A DNA stretch of 64,000 bases, taken from Mytilus californianus. Lineage: Eukaryota. Shown here one piece after another: positions 51,151 through 64,000 of the stretch. The position numbers were made by a program, and so were the translations under genes. The stretch lies in assembly GCF_021869535.1 (NCBI RefSeq), contig NW_026262701.1, forward strand, positions 4,464,001 to 4,528,000, given 5' to 3'. Each line of letters begins with the position of its first letter. Positions within the stretch are counted from its first letter, which is position 1. The notes under the pieces were generated by a model. The model did not search any database. It was not told the origin of the DNA and was given only the letters and a program-made list of their open reading frames with translations.

Positions 51151-52487
51151 TCTATCAGAAAATGTTCCAATTTTCGTGTAATATATAGTGGAAACATTCA
51201 AGCTGTCAGCGTCAAGAAAGTCATCATCAGATGAAGACGTTTATCAAAGACTTCCCAAAATATTTCAATACTAAAAATCAACTTTATTTAAGGAAAAATG
51301 ACACTAAACTCCTAAGCTTCAAAAAGACTTCCAAAGATTTTTTAATACTAAAAAAGTATATATTGTTATCAACAAAAGATTTATCTACAGAATGACAATG
51401 ATTTCCTTAAGGGTAGTTAAAGCGTTTAATATCATTATTTTGCATATGCTAACTAATTTGGTTTGTTCAGATAGAAACACATGTTTAACTGTATTTTCAA
51501 AAGTAAACTGAAACCTGGAGATAGAAAAGTGATATTCCACAATTGTGTTAAACATATCTAAAAATAGAAATATAAAAAACCTCAATACTTTGTGACGCAA
51601 TAGTCAATAGTAACAACAAATCAAATGAATTTCTCAGTCGATATACTTCTTTCAAGTCGATATATCTTCGCATCGAACTCATGCAAAGGCTATAAGTGTA
51701 TAATATCAAAGACACAAATATCGACTGTCTTATATATTTAGCATACAAAAGGTTTGTACCCCGTCTTGGGTTATCCAAGGAATGTCTTGTGCTAGGTCGT
51801 AACCTCTGTTGGTGGTGTGTGAAAACTTGAGGGTATCGTCCGCACAGCTTCAACACAGGGGATTTCATTTTTTTTTTATTTGGTTAGGTGTTTTAAGGGA
51901 GGACGAATGGGACAATAGTTTAGCTTCCTACTTATTCATACATCTTGACTTTTCAAAGTTTTTGAAATCGTTCTTACTACAGGATGTTAAATAAGAAAAG
52001 TACTTTTCACATAGCAAATTCGGTATGTTAACAACGCATTATTTCATATTTTGTTTTCCTTCGTCAAATCTGTTTACAATTAAAATTCTTTAACGAGCTT
52101 TAAAATTAAGCTACAACCTCACATGTGTAAATTTGCCTTCGGACAGAATTTAAACAACAGAACTAACAATACAATGACGTCCTCTATTTTGAAGAGTGCA
52201 TGCTTCTCATCTTGATTAGATTCTATTTTAAACAGTCTGCTCTTCTTAATGCAACCTGCAAAACAAAACAAAGGTCACAGAATTGATAAATGTCACTGAT
52301 ATAAGCATATTAATCTTGTTTACTAACATGCAAATTGCGTAATATAAATGTTTATTTTTAGTTAACTGCATGTTCTTACTTTGTTATTCAAGCAAGTCAT
52401 TTTACTTAAAAGTGCGAACCCAGAAATTAGAGATTGGTGTTTGCGAACCCAGAAATTATGTATGCGAACCTATAAAATGGTTGATTC

Positions 52488-52715
52488 GTGTTCAACTCGA
52501 ACAGATAAAAGATTAATTTGTGTTCAACTCGAACAGATAAAAGATTAGTTTGTGTTCAACTCGAACAGATAAAAGATTAATTTGTGTTCAACTCGAACAG
52601 ATAAAAGATTAATTTGTGTTCAACTCGAACAGATAAAAGATTAATTTGTGTTCATCTCGAACAGATAAAAGATTAATTTGTGTTCAACTCGAACAGATAA
52701 AAGATTAATTTGTGT
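52488..52715 (+). repeat. 32-bp tandem repeat x7
   Basis: GTGTTCAACTCGAACAGATAAAAGATTAATTT at 52488, 52520, ... 52680. Only two single-base variants. Confidence 0.95.
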
Positions 52716-54349
52716 CCATTCAAAGAACAACAAGCATCAACAACTTTAAAGGTTCGCATACACCTATCAACCATTTCTCTGTCTTTAATATCCATATTTT
52801 AGAAAATTTTGTGGGAAACTTACTCCGTTTACAAGTATCTACAACCTGGGTAAGCTGAGCATGAGAACAGTTTGAAATAAGCAAAACATTTACAGCCGAG
52901 GAAAACAATCTACAGAATATCCAAACCGTCCAACAATAATTGTGATTTGAAATGCCATAAAAAGATGTGCTCAATCTGATGTTGTAAGTTATAATTGTTT
53001 GTTGATTGACTGTACAAATCTCGGTTTATATTATCCTCGGCATCTGAGTCATTAGGCCGGATTTTATCCTCCATATTTTTTATTACCCCCCTTGTTGTAT
53101 GCTCGTAGTGCTTACGTGATGATATGAAAGTTTTACCATATCTTTATTCCAAAGCAAACATTTCAACAATCGTGATTTATGCTGTTAAAAGTATCCTGCC
53201 AGTAATAAGAGTGAATAAAATAAAAAATGGAAGCCTAAACACATATCAGTCGAATGTTGGCTGCAATCGATTAATATTTTCAATCATATGTCATTTTCAT
53301 TTAACTGTATTTTTGTGATGCCTCTTTTTAAGTGCAAGGTAATTTCGACTCAATGTTTTGTCTTTGGGACTCATGTCTTTCCATCTTTGCGCTGATTTCT
53401 GTCTTGTTATAGTGTAGTAAACTTTAATAAAGTTTCATATAAGATGTTATAAAATCTTTTAGTGTAAATTTTATTTCTTATAACATTTGAATTTTACATC
53501 TCTTTGGTGTGTGTTCTCAAGTCTGAAAATAATTTGAATTTATAGTAGGATCTTATATAATAATGATATAATATGGGTTCGTTTAGATATTCATTCTTTA
53601 CAAAAAATCCTGCTAACAACCAATTTAATGACGCATTCAATAACATGTGTTACATTTATATCCTTTGGTGTGCTTTGAATTCTGTTGTTTTAACGAAATA
53701 CAAATGATTAAGGCATATTTTTGGCCTCAATTTTTCTCTCTCTTATTTAGGTATGTTGACAGTGTATAAGGTCCGTATCATCTATGAAATTGATAGGTAA
53801 AATTTAATGAAAAACGATCTAAGTTTTATAAAATGACCCAAATTTATCATAGCTTTTCACTTTCCTGTGATTGACAATGACTTCATATTACAATGATTCT
53901 TTTTACAAAATCATTGAAAATTATAAAGGCATATTAATATATAGGTTTTCAAAATTAAAGTGTGTCATACCACGAATTATGATTCAAAGTCTTTCGCTGG
54001 AGACGTAAAGTTTCCAATAGAGATATAAAGTTTCAGCTTGAAAATGACATTTCAACTTGGTTTTTCATTTCGCTCATGATTGAAATAGTTTCGTTCTTGA
54101 AACAGTCTAGATTCTGTTCTGTATGAAGAAAAAGTGTGTAGTATACTTTCAATGTGAATGCATTCCAACGACACTAAAAAAACCTCTAGCAAACTCCATA
54201 CTGGGTTTACATCGGGTCATACTTCCCTCACTAACAAATATTACCAGTATTTCAGAGTTAGGACATCTTTGGGTCAATCGGACAATGGAAGGGTACATAA
54301 AAAGACGCACAATGAAATTCAATACGTGAAATGCCCTATTTGGAACATT

Positions 54350-55020
54350 AAAATAACGGTGTAGTAGAAAAAGTAAAATTACAAAAATACCGAACACTTA
54401 GAAAATTCAAAACGGAAAGTCCTTTATCAAATGGCAAAACATTAAACGAATGGAACACAACTGCCACCTGACTTGGTACAGGCATTTCCTTATGTAGAAA
54501 ACGGTTGTTAAAACCTGGTTTTATAGCTAGCGAACCCACTCACTTGTATGACAGTCGCATAGAATTCCATTATATTGGCAACAATGTGTGAGCAAAACAA
54601 ACAGACATAATAGGTAAAATTGTCAAAATTGGGGTGCAGTTGTTTTATAATCTTAATCACTATAAAACAAATAACTATTTCAACAAAGAAAAACAAAATG
54701 ACATATAGACAAAGTACATAGACAAGAATACAAAAATATCCATAGTGCAATAACACAATGGCGGGATGTATAAATACAGAGACACGCTAAAAATATATTA
54801 CCAAAAATGGACTAAAATATAAATGTTAAAAATATACAAAGACAAATAAAAAGAAAACTATAACCTGTAATTAAAATGATAAACAACGACAGTACTTAGA
54901 ATCTATATACTTGAAGACCATCGTGTAGTATTTGTGAAGTTGATACGGAATATCTATCAACAAGGTCTTGGTATCTTCCGATGAACTTTTTAAGGACGAG
55001 ACGTTCTTTGACATAACAAA
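54350..55020 (-). mobile_element. 3' end of a Naiad copy of the 2888-5236 family (RT last codons plus tail)
   Basis: Reverse complement matches 4240-4400 and 4880-5236 (KERLVLKKFIGRYQDLVDRY...). Confidence 0.8.
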
Positions 55021-56119
55021 ACAAGTACAAGCAAAGCAATAATACACTTAAGGTATTGTAAAATTTAGGAGTTTAAGATGAGTTGCAAATACAGAATTTT
55101 TACCCATGTAAATGCAATGGGACAGACAATCATTTGCGAAAAGAAACCACAAAAATAGTTAAGATAAAAAAAAAACAAATAAGGGAAGCAAAATGGTTAA
55201 TTGTAGGGCTAAGTTTAATAAGTTCCAAAAACGCTGTTCTGGGGTTGATGCGGATACAAAATGGGTGCCCAAAGAATTCACCTTTTTGTCGTTAACAGAA
55301 GCCTTTGTTTATAGTTTTTATATCTATTAAATGAATTTTAGTTGATTTGTGTCATATAAATTTCCAAAGTTTTCAAAAGACTTTGTTTATAGTTTTTATA
55401 TCTTTTAAAAAGTTCTCTCGATTTTCTTTATGTTTTGCAATATAGGAAGAAATGTTTTTGTCTCCCATCTCTGATCACTAGGGATCTTAAATGTCTGCCC
55501 TTTTCTTTTAAAAGAGTGTGTTCACTCTCTCCAATATTTTTTCAACAATTTTAAAACTATTGTGATCTTGGTAAAATATTTACAATTCAAGTTTATCGCG
55601 ATGACTTTATGTAAATAAATGTTTTTATTTTCATTCAAGTAATTTATTCTTTTCTCTAAAACATTCATTACATCATGATTGTATTTATATTACTTGCCCC
55701 GATATCAAAATCTGTAATTTGTAATTCTGAAATACCAGTAAGGTACAATACCATGTGTAAAGTCCTTCTAAATTTTCCTACCTAAGACAAGTTTATGGGC
55801 TCATTTAAAAAAAGGGTTTATATTTTGAGTTTCTAAACGTGAATAAAATTGAAAAGATTGAGAATATATTTAATTTTGCGCGTGTATCTAGGTTTAAAGG
55901 TGGTTCTATTTCACAGCTAGAACATGTGTAAATCTGTCAGGCAATAGCAATTTAAGGATCATGATTTGCTAAGGGAAACCCTACAAAATAATTCGGATCA
56001 AATTACAAAATTGAAAGTGCACAATTGAATTATATGGTGAAGATTTTGAGAAAGTTTTCCTATAATGTTTTAGTATGATTTAAGAAGGAGAAGTGGGTAC
56101 AAAAACTGTAGTGTGCGGA

Positions 56120-56870
56120 TATGATATACAAATAAGAATATGGTATGATTGCCAAGGAGATAACTATCTATCACCGTTAAAATGACGTGGATGTAAACAA
56201 CCATAGATCACAAGGCCTTCAACAATGGGCAAAGCCCTTGCTGTACAGTCAGCTATACAAGGCTCCGACATGAAAAACGTGAAACAATTCAAACGAAAAA
56301 CCCAACAGCCTGATTTATGACAAAACAATTAACGAAAAACTAATATGGCATGCAACAACCGACAAATATAAAAATAAGAAGATGTGGCATGATTGCCAGT
56401 GAGACAACTCTCCACCTGAGACCAAATTACATAGAAGCACTGAATTGAATGCTCCTGACCTTGGACAGACACATAAAGAATGTGGGATGTTAAACGTGTT
56501 TGTGAGCACTCAGCCCTAATCTAACCTGCATGTGACAATGGTGTAAAAACACAACATAAGAACAAACTGTTAACAAATTAGATGAAAGAAGCTTGACTCA
56601 TTAGATTGGAACAAGCAAAACAAATAATTAAAAAATAGACAAATTCATATAAAGTACTCATCTAAGAGTACTTACAGTTACTAAAAGTTAGTTCAACACC
56701 AAATACTACGAACTAATATATCAATTATGTTCTCCAAGATAAAAGTATCAATCAGTACACATCCATTAAATTTAGTGCAAATACGTCATAAACAGTCAGG
56801 GGAAAGTATGACATTGTTTCAATGCCAAAATATACGTTCATAGTTTCGATAGAATGTAGGACCATGACTG
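56120..56870 (-). mobile_element. RT-less Naiad-type 3' tails including a degenerate SECIS (56745-56797)
   Basis: GAGACAACT and CCTGACCTTGGACAG cores. Minus strand reads AUGAC-GUAUUUGCAC-UAAA-...-GUGUACUGAU-UGAU, homologous to the 22.7-kb SECIS. Confidence 0.65.
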
Positions 56871-57479
56871 TTCATAACAGTTTAGCAATAAATATTCATA
56901 ATAATTATTTTTTTAAAACAAAACAACAGTCCAAGTTATGCCAAATTAAAAACTTATAACATTCGGATAGTATAATTAAAGAATCATGTAAGTGATATTT
57001 TGTGAAAGTTTATGAAAATATTGCCAGGCGGTCCAGATGCAGTAGCGGACACGAAAGTGGGACACAAGACGAACAGACGGACACAACAAACCGCTATACA
57101 CCTCCTTAACTTTTTTATATGAAACCATGTTGTCATTAATTAATTTCATGCAATAACGTCAAGATATGATCGTGTGAAATTTCCAAATCATACTGAACAG
57201 AATTGCAATGAAGAAAAATTACCTTACCATGTTATTCTCGCTTTAAACAATAAATTAGAAAATTTGCGGGTTCATGGACGTATAGGGCCTACCTTACTTT
57301 TTTGTGCATATCGTTTTTATTCACCCTAAAGTCCCCTTATTATCAAAATAATACTTTAACGATCAAATGGTAAACAGAAACATGCATATAGAAAAACAAA
57401 GTAAAGGTCGACTAATTGGGTGAATTTATAATTAAAGAAAAAATGTTCACACCCTGACTGAACATGGCCGATGTTATAG

Positions 57480-57604
57480 CAGTGGCGGATCCAGGGGGGG
57501 TCCGGGGGTTGGAACCCCACCTTTTTTTGGACGATCAATGCATTTGAATGGGGACATATGGTTGGAACCCCCTCCCCTTTTAAAAATGGCTGGATCCGCC
57601 CCTG
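57480..57604. mobile_element. Small MITE with 15-bp TIRs (related degenerate copy ~57770-57915)
   Basis: CAGTGGCGGATCCAG ... CTGGATCCGCCCCTG, with TATAG on both flanks. Confidence 0.8.
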
Positions 57605-58427
57605 TATAGCTTGGTAATTCGGGAGGACTTTGTTTGCAAAAGTATTATATGCATGTGTTAACTTAAGTAATGATTATATAAATACGATCACTTTTATTAG
57701 CAATGTATGTAGATCTAGAGGGAATTGAAATACTTTTTATATCATTTAATCGACGAAATATTTATTACAGATGCGGATCCAGGAGTTTGAAAAAAGGGGG
57801 TCCGTGGGTTCCCAAACTAGACAAAATTTGTAATGGAACCGGTTAAAGTCTGGATTAACCAGAAAAGAAGCTCCATACGGGGTCCCGGTCACCCCACCCT
57901 CTAAATCCTACTCTGTAATAGGAAAATTTTAATCGAAGTTACTTTTTTCAATAATTAAATTCTTAAAAAAAAATATTTGAAAATACCATCTCAAAAGTAG
58001 TTCATAAACATTTTATCAAACGCACAACCACTTCTTGAGCATATTTCCCGCGTATATGTCATTTATTTTTATCCAGTAGGTCATGTGATATATATTTTCT
58101 TTCGTTTTCATCACGTGGTTCATAGTAAAATCTGATAAAACCACTGTGATTAGTGAAGCTATTAGTGTTTGTTTGGTTTCAATTAAACTCTCTCAAATAT
58201 GCATCAAAATGTCCGTTACATTTCGTAATACTTCTGAAGGTGTGCAATATTTGCTGAATTACGCAGTCAAAACACCGGTAATGGCCTTGTCCTTGAACAT
58301 TCTATGACCTATGAAAAAGAAAGAAGCCGGTTTATAAATATCACGTTCTGGATTATTTAAATTCATATAATGATTTTTGGTATTAAATCAATGTAAACAA
58401 GAAAAGAGTGTGATTGTTTATTGTAGC

Positions 58428-59783
58428 ATGCAGACATATGAAGATGTGCAAGAGGAAATTAATTACGAAGAGCCTGACTTTAAGTTATTTTTACCACGGA
58501 ATTTATCCTACGGAGAAGAGAGCGTACTTGACAATTATTCAGTGTCTGCCGATTTCGTAACAAGGCGCAGTAGCACACCTGAGAGATCGTCTACATTTGC
58601 CACCAAGACCAAGATCGTTTATAAAATTTTTAAGGACACAATGTCAGGATTTCGAGATTGTGTGACAATGAATGGCGGAACAGATTTCGACGAGGAAGCA
58701 GACGATCCATTACCAGGTAAACATACATTTTTTAAAGAAAAAGAAACTTCTATTAATTCTAATGATTCTGATTTTTGTGAAGAAGGAGTATTTGTTAATT
58801 TGAATGATGACTTGGACGAAGATTCATTGAATGGTAAATCAAATGACAGCGATGATTGTTACGACGATTCGATCAATAGTCCGGTTGATGATGCTGACAA
58901 CCTTGGCGAAGGGCATCAGGAGGTTCAGGTGGGGAACTCTGATTTAAAAACGATGCAATCTAGTCTTTTATGTTCAAGAGCAAAACAAATTGATGGAAAA
59001 TGTATACCTCACTTAAAAATTGAAGACAAGCCTTTCATACAAGAAAAAGTGTTGGATTTCGGTTCACAAAAATCTATTACTGAATTATTGAAAGAAGATG
59101 AACCGGTTGAATACGAAGAGTCTGAATTTAATTTTTGCAAGTCAGAACTTAGGAAATCTTCGTCTTTGAAAAGTCAGAAAACTCCGCCTGGCACACCAAG
59201 CAGAAAGAAAATGGTACGATTTGCAGATGCTATGGGATTAGACCTGGAGGATGTTAGACATGTTCTCAACTTGGAGGCTCCCCCGAAAATTCCAGCATCA
59301 GCCATGTCTGATTTGAAAACTGGGCTTGATGAAGACCGACAAAGTATGGGAAGTAGATATTTAGGGGCTTGTTTTTCTCAACCTGGTGCACAAGACGACT
59401 TCTTTCAATCTGTAATGACAAACAAAGTTCGATTAGAAAATGCTGTGATTACCCAAATGACCATTACAGGTGTTGTGCGGGTAGCTAACATTGGATTTCA
59501 CAAATCAGTGCGAATCAGATATACCACAAATAACTGGGGGACGTTTCATGATATTTCAGCTTCCTACGTTCAAAATTCGTGTGATGGACCTACGGATAGA
59601 TTTTCGTTCAGTATAGTTGCACCAGATTTTCTAGGTGTTCATAATAAGCTTGACTTCGCTATATCTTACACTACAAACGGTACAACGTACTGGGATAGTA
59701 ATTCGGATAAAAACTACAGCTTCGAATGCTTTGCTAAAACTACACCAACAGAAAATGAAGATTCATGGTTACATTTTGTTTAG
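58428..59783 (+). CDS. PPP1R3: Protein phosphatase 1 glycogen-targeting regulatory subunit (PPP1R3 family, CBM21), single coding exon, 451 aa from first ATG; paralog not assignable
   Basis: Intact ORF with the RVxF PP1-docking motif SLKS..TPPGTPSRKKMVRFADAMGLDLEDVR and a CBM21 domain (VRLEN...GVVRVANIGFHKSVRIRYT.NNW...TDRFSF...YWDSNSDKNY). A possible splice acceptor TTGTAG lies just before the ATG. Confidence 0.93.
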   Translation: MQTYEDVQEEINYEEPDFKLFLPRNLSYGEESVLDNYSVSADFVTRRSSTPERSSTFATKTKIVYKIFKDTMSGFRDCVTMNGGTDFDEEADDPLPGKHTFFKEKETSINSNDSDFCEEGVFVNLNDDLDEDSLNGKSNDSDDCYDDSINSPVDDADNLGEGHQEVQVGNSDLKTMQSSLLCSRAKQIDGKCIPHLKIEDKPFIQEKVLDFGSQKSITELLKEDEPVEYEESEFNFCKSELRKSSSLKSQKTPPGTPSRKKMVRFADAMGLDLEDVRHVLNLEAPPKIPASAMSDLKTGLDEDRQSMGSRYLGACFSQPGAQDDFFQSVMTNKVRLENAVITQMTITGVVRVANIGFHKSVRIRYTTNNWGTFHDISASYVQNSCDGPTDRFSFSIVAPDFLGVHNKLDFAISYTTNGTTYWDSNSDKNYSFECFAKTTPTENEDSWLHFV

Positions 59784-62467
59784 TTTTAAGGATTTCCGTT
59801 GATGTAATATAAATGTAAGTGTAGAAATCCTGTACATGTTTGAAGCGTACACATTTCCCGGATTATATGTTCAGTAAAAAGTGTGTAAAATAACAGTAAG
59901 GGTATAATGCATTTAAAAGGTTTTTACATTCGGTTGAGAAACCACAAACTTCCTTTTCTTTGTTTGCATGAAATAGTTGTGTTTTAAATCAAAGTTTTTT
60001 TTCATTTCCTCGTTCAAATGTATTGTACAATCACCCTTTGCCCAGTAAATAGATTACAAAAGTCGACCAAACAAATAATTGATTTCAAGTAAAAGATTTA
60101 TTTAAAACAATTGCTGTTCTTCCTTAATGTCGGATGTCGGTCTTGAATAAGCCTGATAAGATTTGATAGGCGGATATTCACCTCTACCCTAATGTAGGAT
60201 ATTTGTCGCAAAGTTTTATAAATGCTAATTTATTCAGGATTATACATTTCTTCTGTTAAAATCTGTAAATGACATTCAATGAACAAGGGAACGACCGGCG
60301 ACATTTATTCTAAATAGATCCAAATTAAGATCGTTAGACATGTATTGGAGGTTTGCCATTAAATTAACAAATGTTGGCTATTTTATAAATCCGTATTCTT
60401 GATGAAATGACAAATTCTATATGAATTAAAATGGTTGTTAAGTAAATGTCAACAAGAGTCAGTAAGACAACACCGCAAGTTGACCAAAATATACATAGGC
60501 ATTAGTCAATCATATATAACACACGCAGTTTCCCTCACAGTTACAAGATAATAGATATTTTAAAGGAACTCATTTTATCCGAAACCCTTTTGAGTGGAAA
60601 TTTTTTTCAACTCAGGTTATGTTTTAAGAAAGTTTACAACTCTGCTTCTATAGGGAAATCTCTAATGGGCACAGCAAAATGTTTTTCCGCGAATACTTAA
60701 GATTCACAATTAATTATTGCATTTTATAACCGATATTGTTGCACGTGACTTGTACGTGGTTTCCAAAAGAGCAAAACCTTTTCCATTGTACAGAAATTAC
60801 AACAGCTTTTAATGTTTTAAGTTAAATGATAGGTGAGTGTTAGGCCTTTAAGCCATGTTGTACATAAAAGCGATTTGGTCGTTTTTTTGGTTCGACGACA
60901 ACATTTTCATTATATGCGCTTACAATAATTGAGGTTTAAGCATTCTTTAAATATGTCTGGTACCCCATCCATCCGTTACTGATGATATACAGAATAGTGC
61001 TTCATTTCTTATTGTTGTTGTTTTGCTCCTATTCACATATCAGTTAACACGTGTATGTCCGAAACCTGTTGCCTGCATCATCAAATTAAAACATTTTGTA
61101 GGCATAGGTTAATCACTGCTATCATGCAATATGTCTTCAGATGACATTTACATTCTGCTCAACCGTTTAGATATACGAGGATGTTGATTTGGGTGGGAGT
61201 TTTTCATTTCTACATTCTTTAACTTTGATGGCCATTTCTAATTCTGTTAATTATATTTTCGCCCACTATTCTCTATTTGTCTTATATTTTAGCACCCACT
61301 TATTCCCTATTCTATATTTTTTGGGGTCCATTTTTCTCTATTCTCTATATTGTGGGCCCTTGTTCTTTAATCTGTAAACCCACCCAGACCCTCATATATG
61401 AGGATAATTCAGAATTAAATATAAGCTTGCCATTCCCTTTACCACTTTAACAATCTCCAAAAAGTAAAGAAAACGTAACTCCCGTTAGATTAAACAATTA
61501 ATGTGTGGTCAATTTCAGATTTGAAAGTTTGATCAGGTGCTTCCTATTTATTTGTTTACTATTACTCTTAATGCACATTACTTGTACTGTATACATGTAG
61601 TTTGAGCGAAAATCAAAAACATGATTTATTTCATGGAAACTTTTAAAAGATGTGTTTACTATGCAAATGATTTTAGGGTGCTTCCTAAAACTTCGGCATG
61701 CAAGACACATAAAACTAATGAAGAATATCAAATATTTCACCACCTTCACAATTCGATATCACGACTCCCTAAACATAATTACCTGCATATACAGGTAATT
61801 CCAGGAACTCCACTAAACGCTTCTAGTTCAATCTGAAATATATTTTAGAAATTTTGCAGGCCCTTAAATCTATGAAGCTAATCTAATTATGAAAATTGAG
61901 GGCCTCGTTAAATACAATAATCACGCGCCTCGAACAAACTGTGCATAAATCAGACAATGGACACCAGTTAGTTACTTACTCGATTCGATATTAGTTGGGT
62001 AACTCAATCGATTTGACACCAATCAGGTAACTCAATCGATTCGACACCATATGTGTTATTCAGTCGATAATGATATGCTATGATTGTTACACGTAATCGA
62101 TAGTATAGATGTTTTTAAGATTTTGTTAATATATATATATATATATACCTTAGTAGCACTCTTACATTAACTACCTCTTTAGTTGGATATATTTTCCTTA
62201 AAAAACATACGTTTGTACATATGTGATTTTTAAAATCGTCAAGGTTGTTTCACTAAGAAGTATTTTCTTACAGCTCTTAGAGAGGTATAAACTATTTAAT
62301 TTATGACAATACACCCTAGGATTTCAGAGCTTCAGGAAACACCTAAATATAAAGTTCTTTACATAAACACGGTAAAATTTTAAAAATGTAACTTTTTCGA
62401 TATGTTTTTACTTTCTTATTGCACTCTTTGTTTCATTTATTTCAGCAACTTTAATTTAGGTGTGTAG

Positions 62468-62680
62468 CAGACGTGTATCCCGATCCGAAATCCGCGGATG
62501 CATCCGAGTCCCAAGGAGCAATCACACTTTGTTTAGTGCAATTTGGAAGTAAAATCTTGATTTTTTCCCCACGGAGTATGGGAATGGAATCCAGGTTTTA
62601 CTTACTCACCATGTTGTTGTCTCGTGTGATTGCTCCTCGGGGTTCGGATTCCTCCGCCGATTTTAGATCGGGATGCCCTG
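62468..62680. mobile_element. GC-rich inverted repeat or MITE with ~51-bp arms
   Basis: 62477-62527 versus reverse complement of 62624-62674 is roughly 80% identical. CAG...CTG outer ends. Confidence 0.6.
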
Positions 62681-64000
62681 TGTGGATGTGTTTCGCAAAT
62701 AGGAAATAATGGGGATATTTGTAATGCCACATGAAGTTGATGAAATCGTGCCATTTGGAACAATTGTTTTCTTTTATTTTAAACTGCGAAATCCATGCAT
62801 AATATCTCATTAAACCCAGTGCATAATATCATTTGTCCGCATAAGTGCATTTTAAGATTTTGTTTGCTTGCTAATTAGAAAGTTCACTTAAACCTTTATT
62901 TAATAAAAGGCAAACAGATTGACAGATCGAGGCATTATGTGTTTCCTATGACGGCACGTGATAAACTGTCTGTTTCCGACGAAGGTGTACATATGTGTTA
63001 AAATAGTAGACATGATCGCCGTTCAGGGAAAGTAAAAAACAACTTGTATTAATTGTATTGCAAGCTGAATGATTGTTTTTAACTGTTAGTCTTTATAATC
63101 AATGTTATTGATCTGTGTTTTTACATTTGTTATAGTCAGTTATTTCTGTGTATATATTGAATGTAGGTAAACCTGATTATATTTATTGAATGTCAGCTTT
63201 AATCCACAGACAGGAAAAGGGGGAAACCAGAGTGGTGTGTCGTATTATTTTTTCCCTAAAAAAAAGTTCTTAGATATTTTGTTATTTATGGATCTTTTTT
63301 ATTTCTTTCTAACTGTACAACGTAACTTATTACTTTAAAAACCTAAATCTCTACTGTAATTCAGTTGGTATCAATTTAAAACAACCGCGTGATTTTTTTT
63401 TGGGGGGGGGGGGGTTACACCTATGCAAGCCGTTTGGAAAAAAGGATCGAAAGGGGCCAAATGCAAAACAAAGTGTGACAAATTTTTGATTTACAGCATT
63501 AAATGTAAATGAAATACGAAGCGCTTTTCTGATGTAATCTCCATTGTATGAAGAACGCTTCCAAGTTTGCATTGACCAGGTATTTTTATTCTGTATTGCT
63601 CAAGAATAAGGATATCTGTAATCCACTAAAGAATTCCAGACAGAACCAATTTTGTATTTAGAAATCCTTTATAAGCTTTTAAACAACAATATACACAAGT
63701 GTTTATTCTTAAAGAAACTAATGAATTTATGAACTGAAATGGTATTGTAATTTGCTCCTTTGGTGAAGTTTTTTTTTAATTCTTGAACAGGACATTATGT
63801 TCAGCTAACTTTGGAATTTATGTAGATTTGAAAAACTGTATTTTTTTTTTATCTGCATGATTTATCGATGTGAAAAAAAAACATATTTTGATCTACATGC
63901 ATTCTTGTAAATAGGCATTTTTATAGAAAAGAAGGGATATGGTGAAGTAATTCATGACACAAATTGACAAAATCCAAAGAAAAAAATAACAGCTCGTGTA

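Noticed and set aside
52488-52715. CRISPR array (32-bp palindromic repeat)
   Set aside because: The units are head-to-tail with no unique spacers, the context is eukaryotic, and there are no cas genes.
53330-53440. HMG-box-like peptide (QRWKDMSPKDK) on the minus strand
   Set aside because: The match is too short, is flanked by stops, and has no supporting exons.

Overview
AT-rich animal genomic DNA, most likely a bivalve and probably a Mytilus mussel. This is inferred from the repeat families and from a ~355-nt hammerhead retrozyme like those I recall from M. galloprovincialis. Only one clear host gene is present: a PPP1R3-type glycogen-targeting PP1 subunit (58428-59783, +). The rest is nested mobile DNA. 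The main signal is a single Naiad-type Penelope-like retroelement (- strand, ~35400 to ~22130). It has in-frame TGA codons at four positions where Cys is expected and a canonical type-2 SECIS ~180 nt after its stop, so it appears to be a selenoprotein-encoding retrotransposon. It is split in two by an 8868-bp element (24941-33808) with ~180-bp TIRs and an exact 9-bp TSD. That element carries a 167-bp satellite array, two hammerhead retrozyme inserts, decayed Polinton pPolB and capsid fragments and a Naiad RT fragment. The window also holds an intact 456-bp TRIM with a tRNA-like Pol III module in each LTR (Helenus type), Tx1-, RTEX- and CR1-like LINE remnants, several MITEs, minisatellites and an old diverged direct duplication. 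All calls were made by eye, with no database searches or folding programs.
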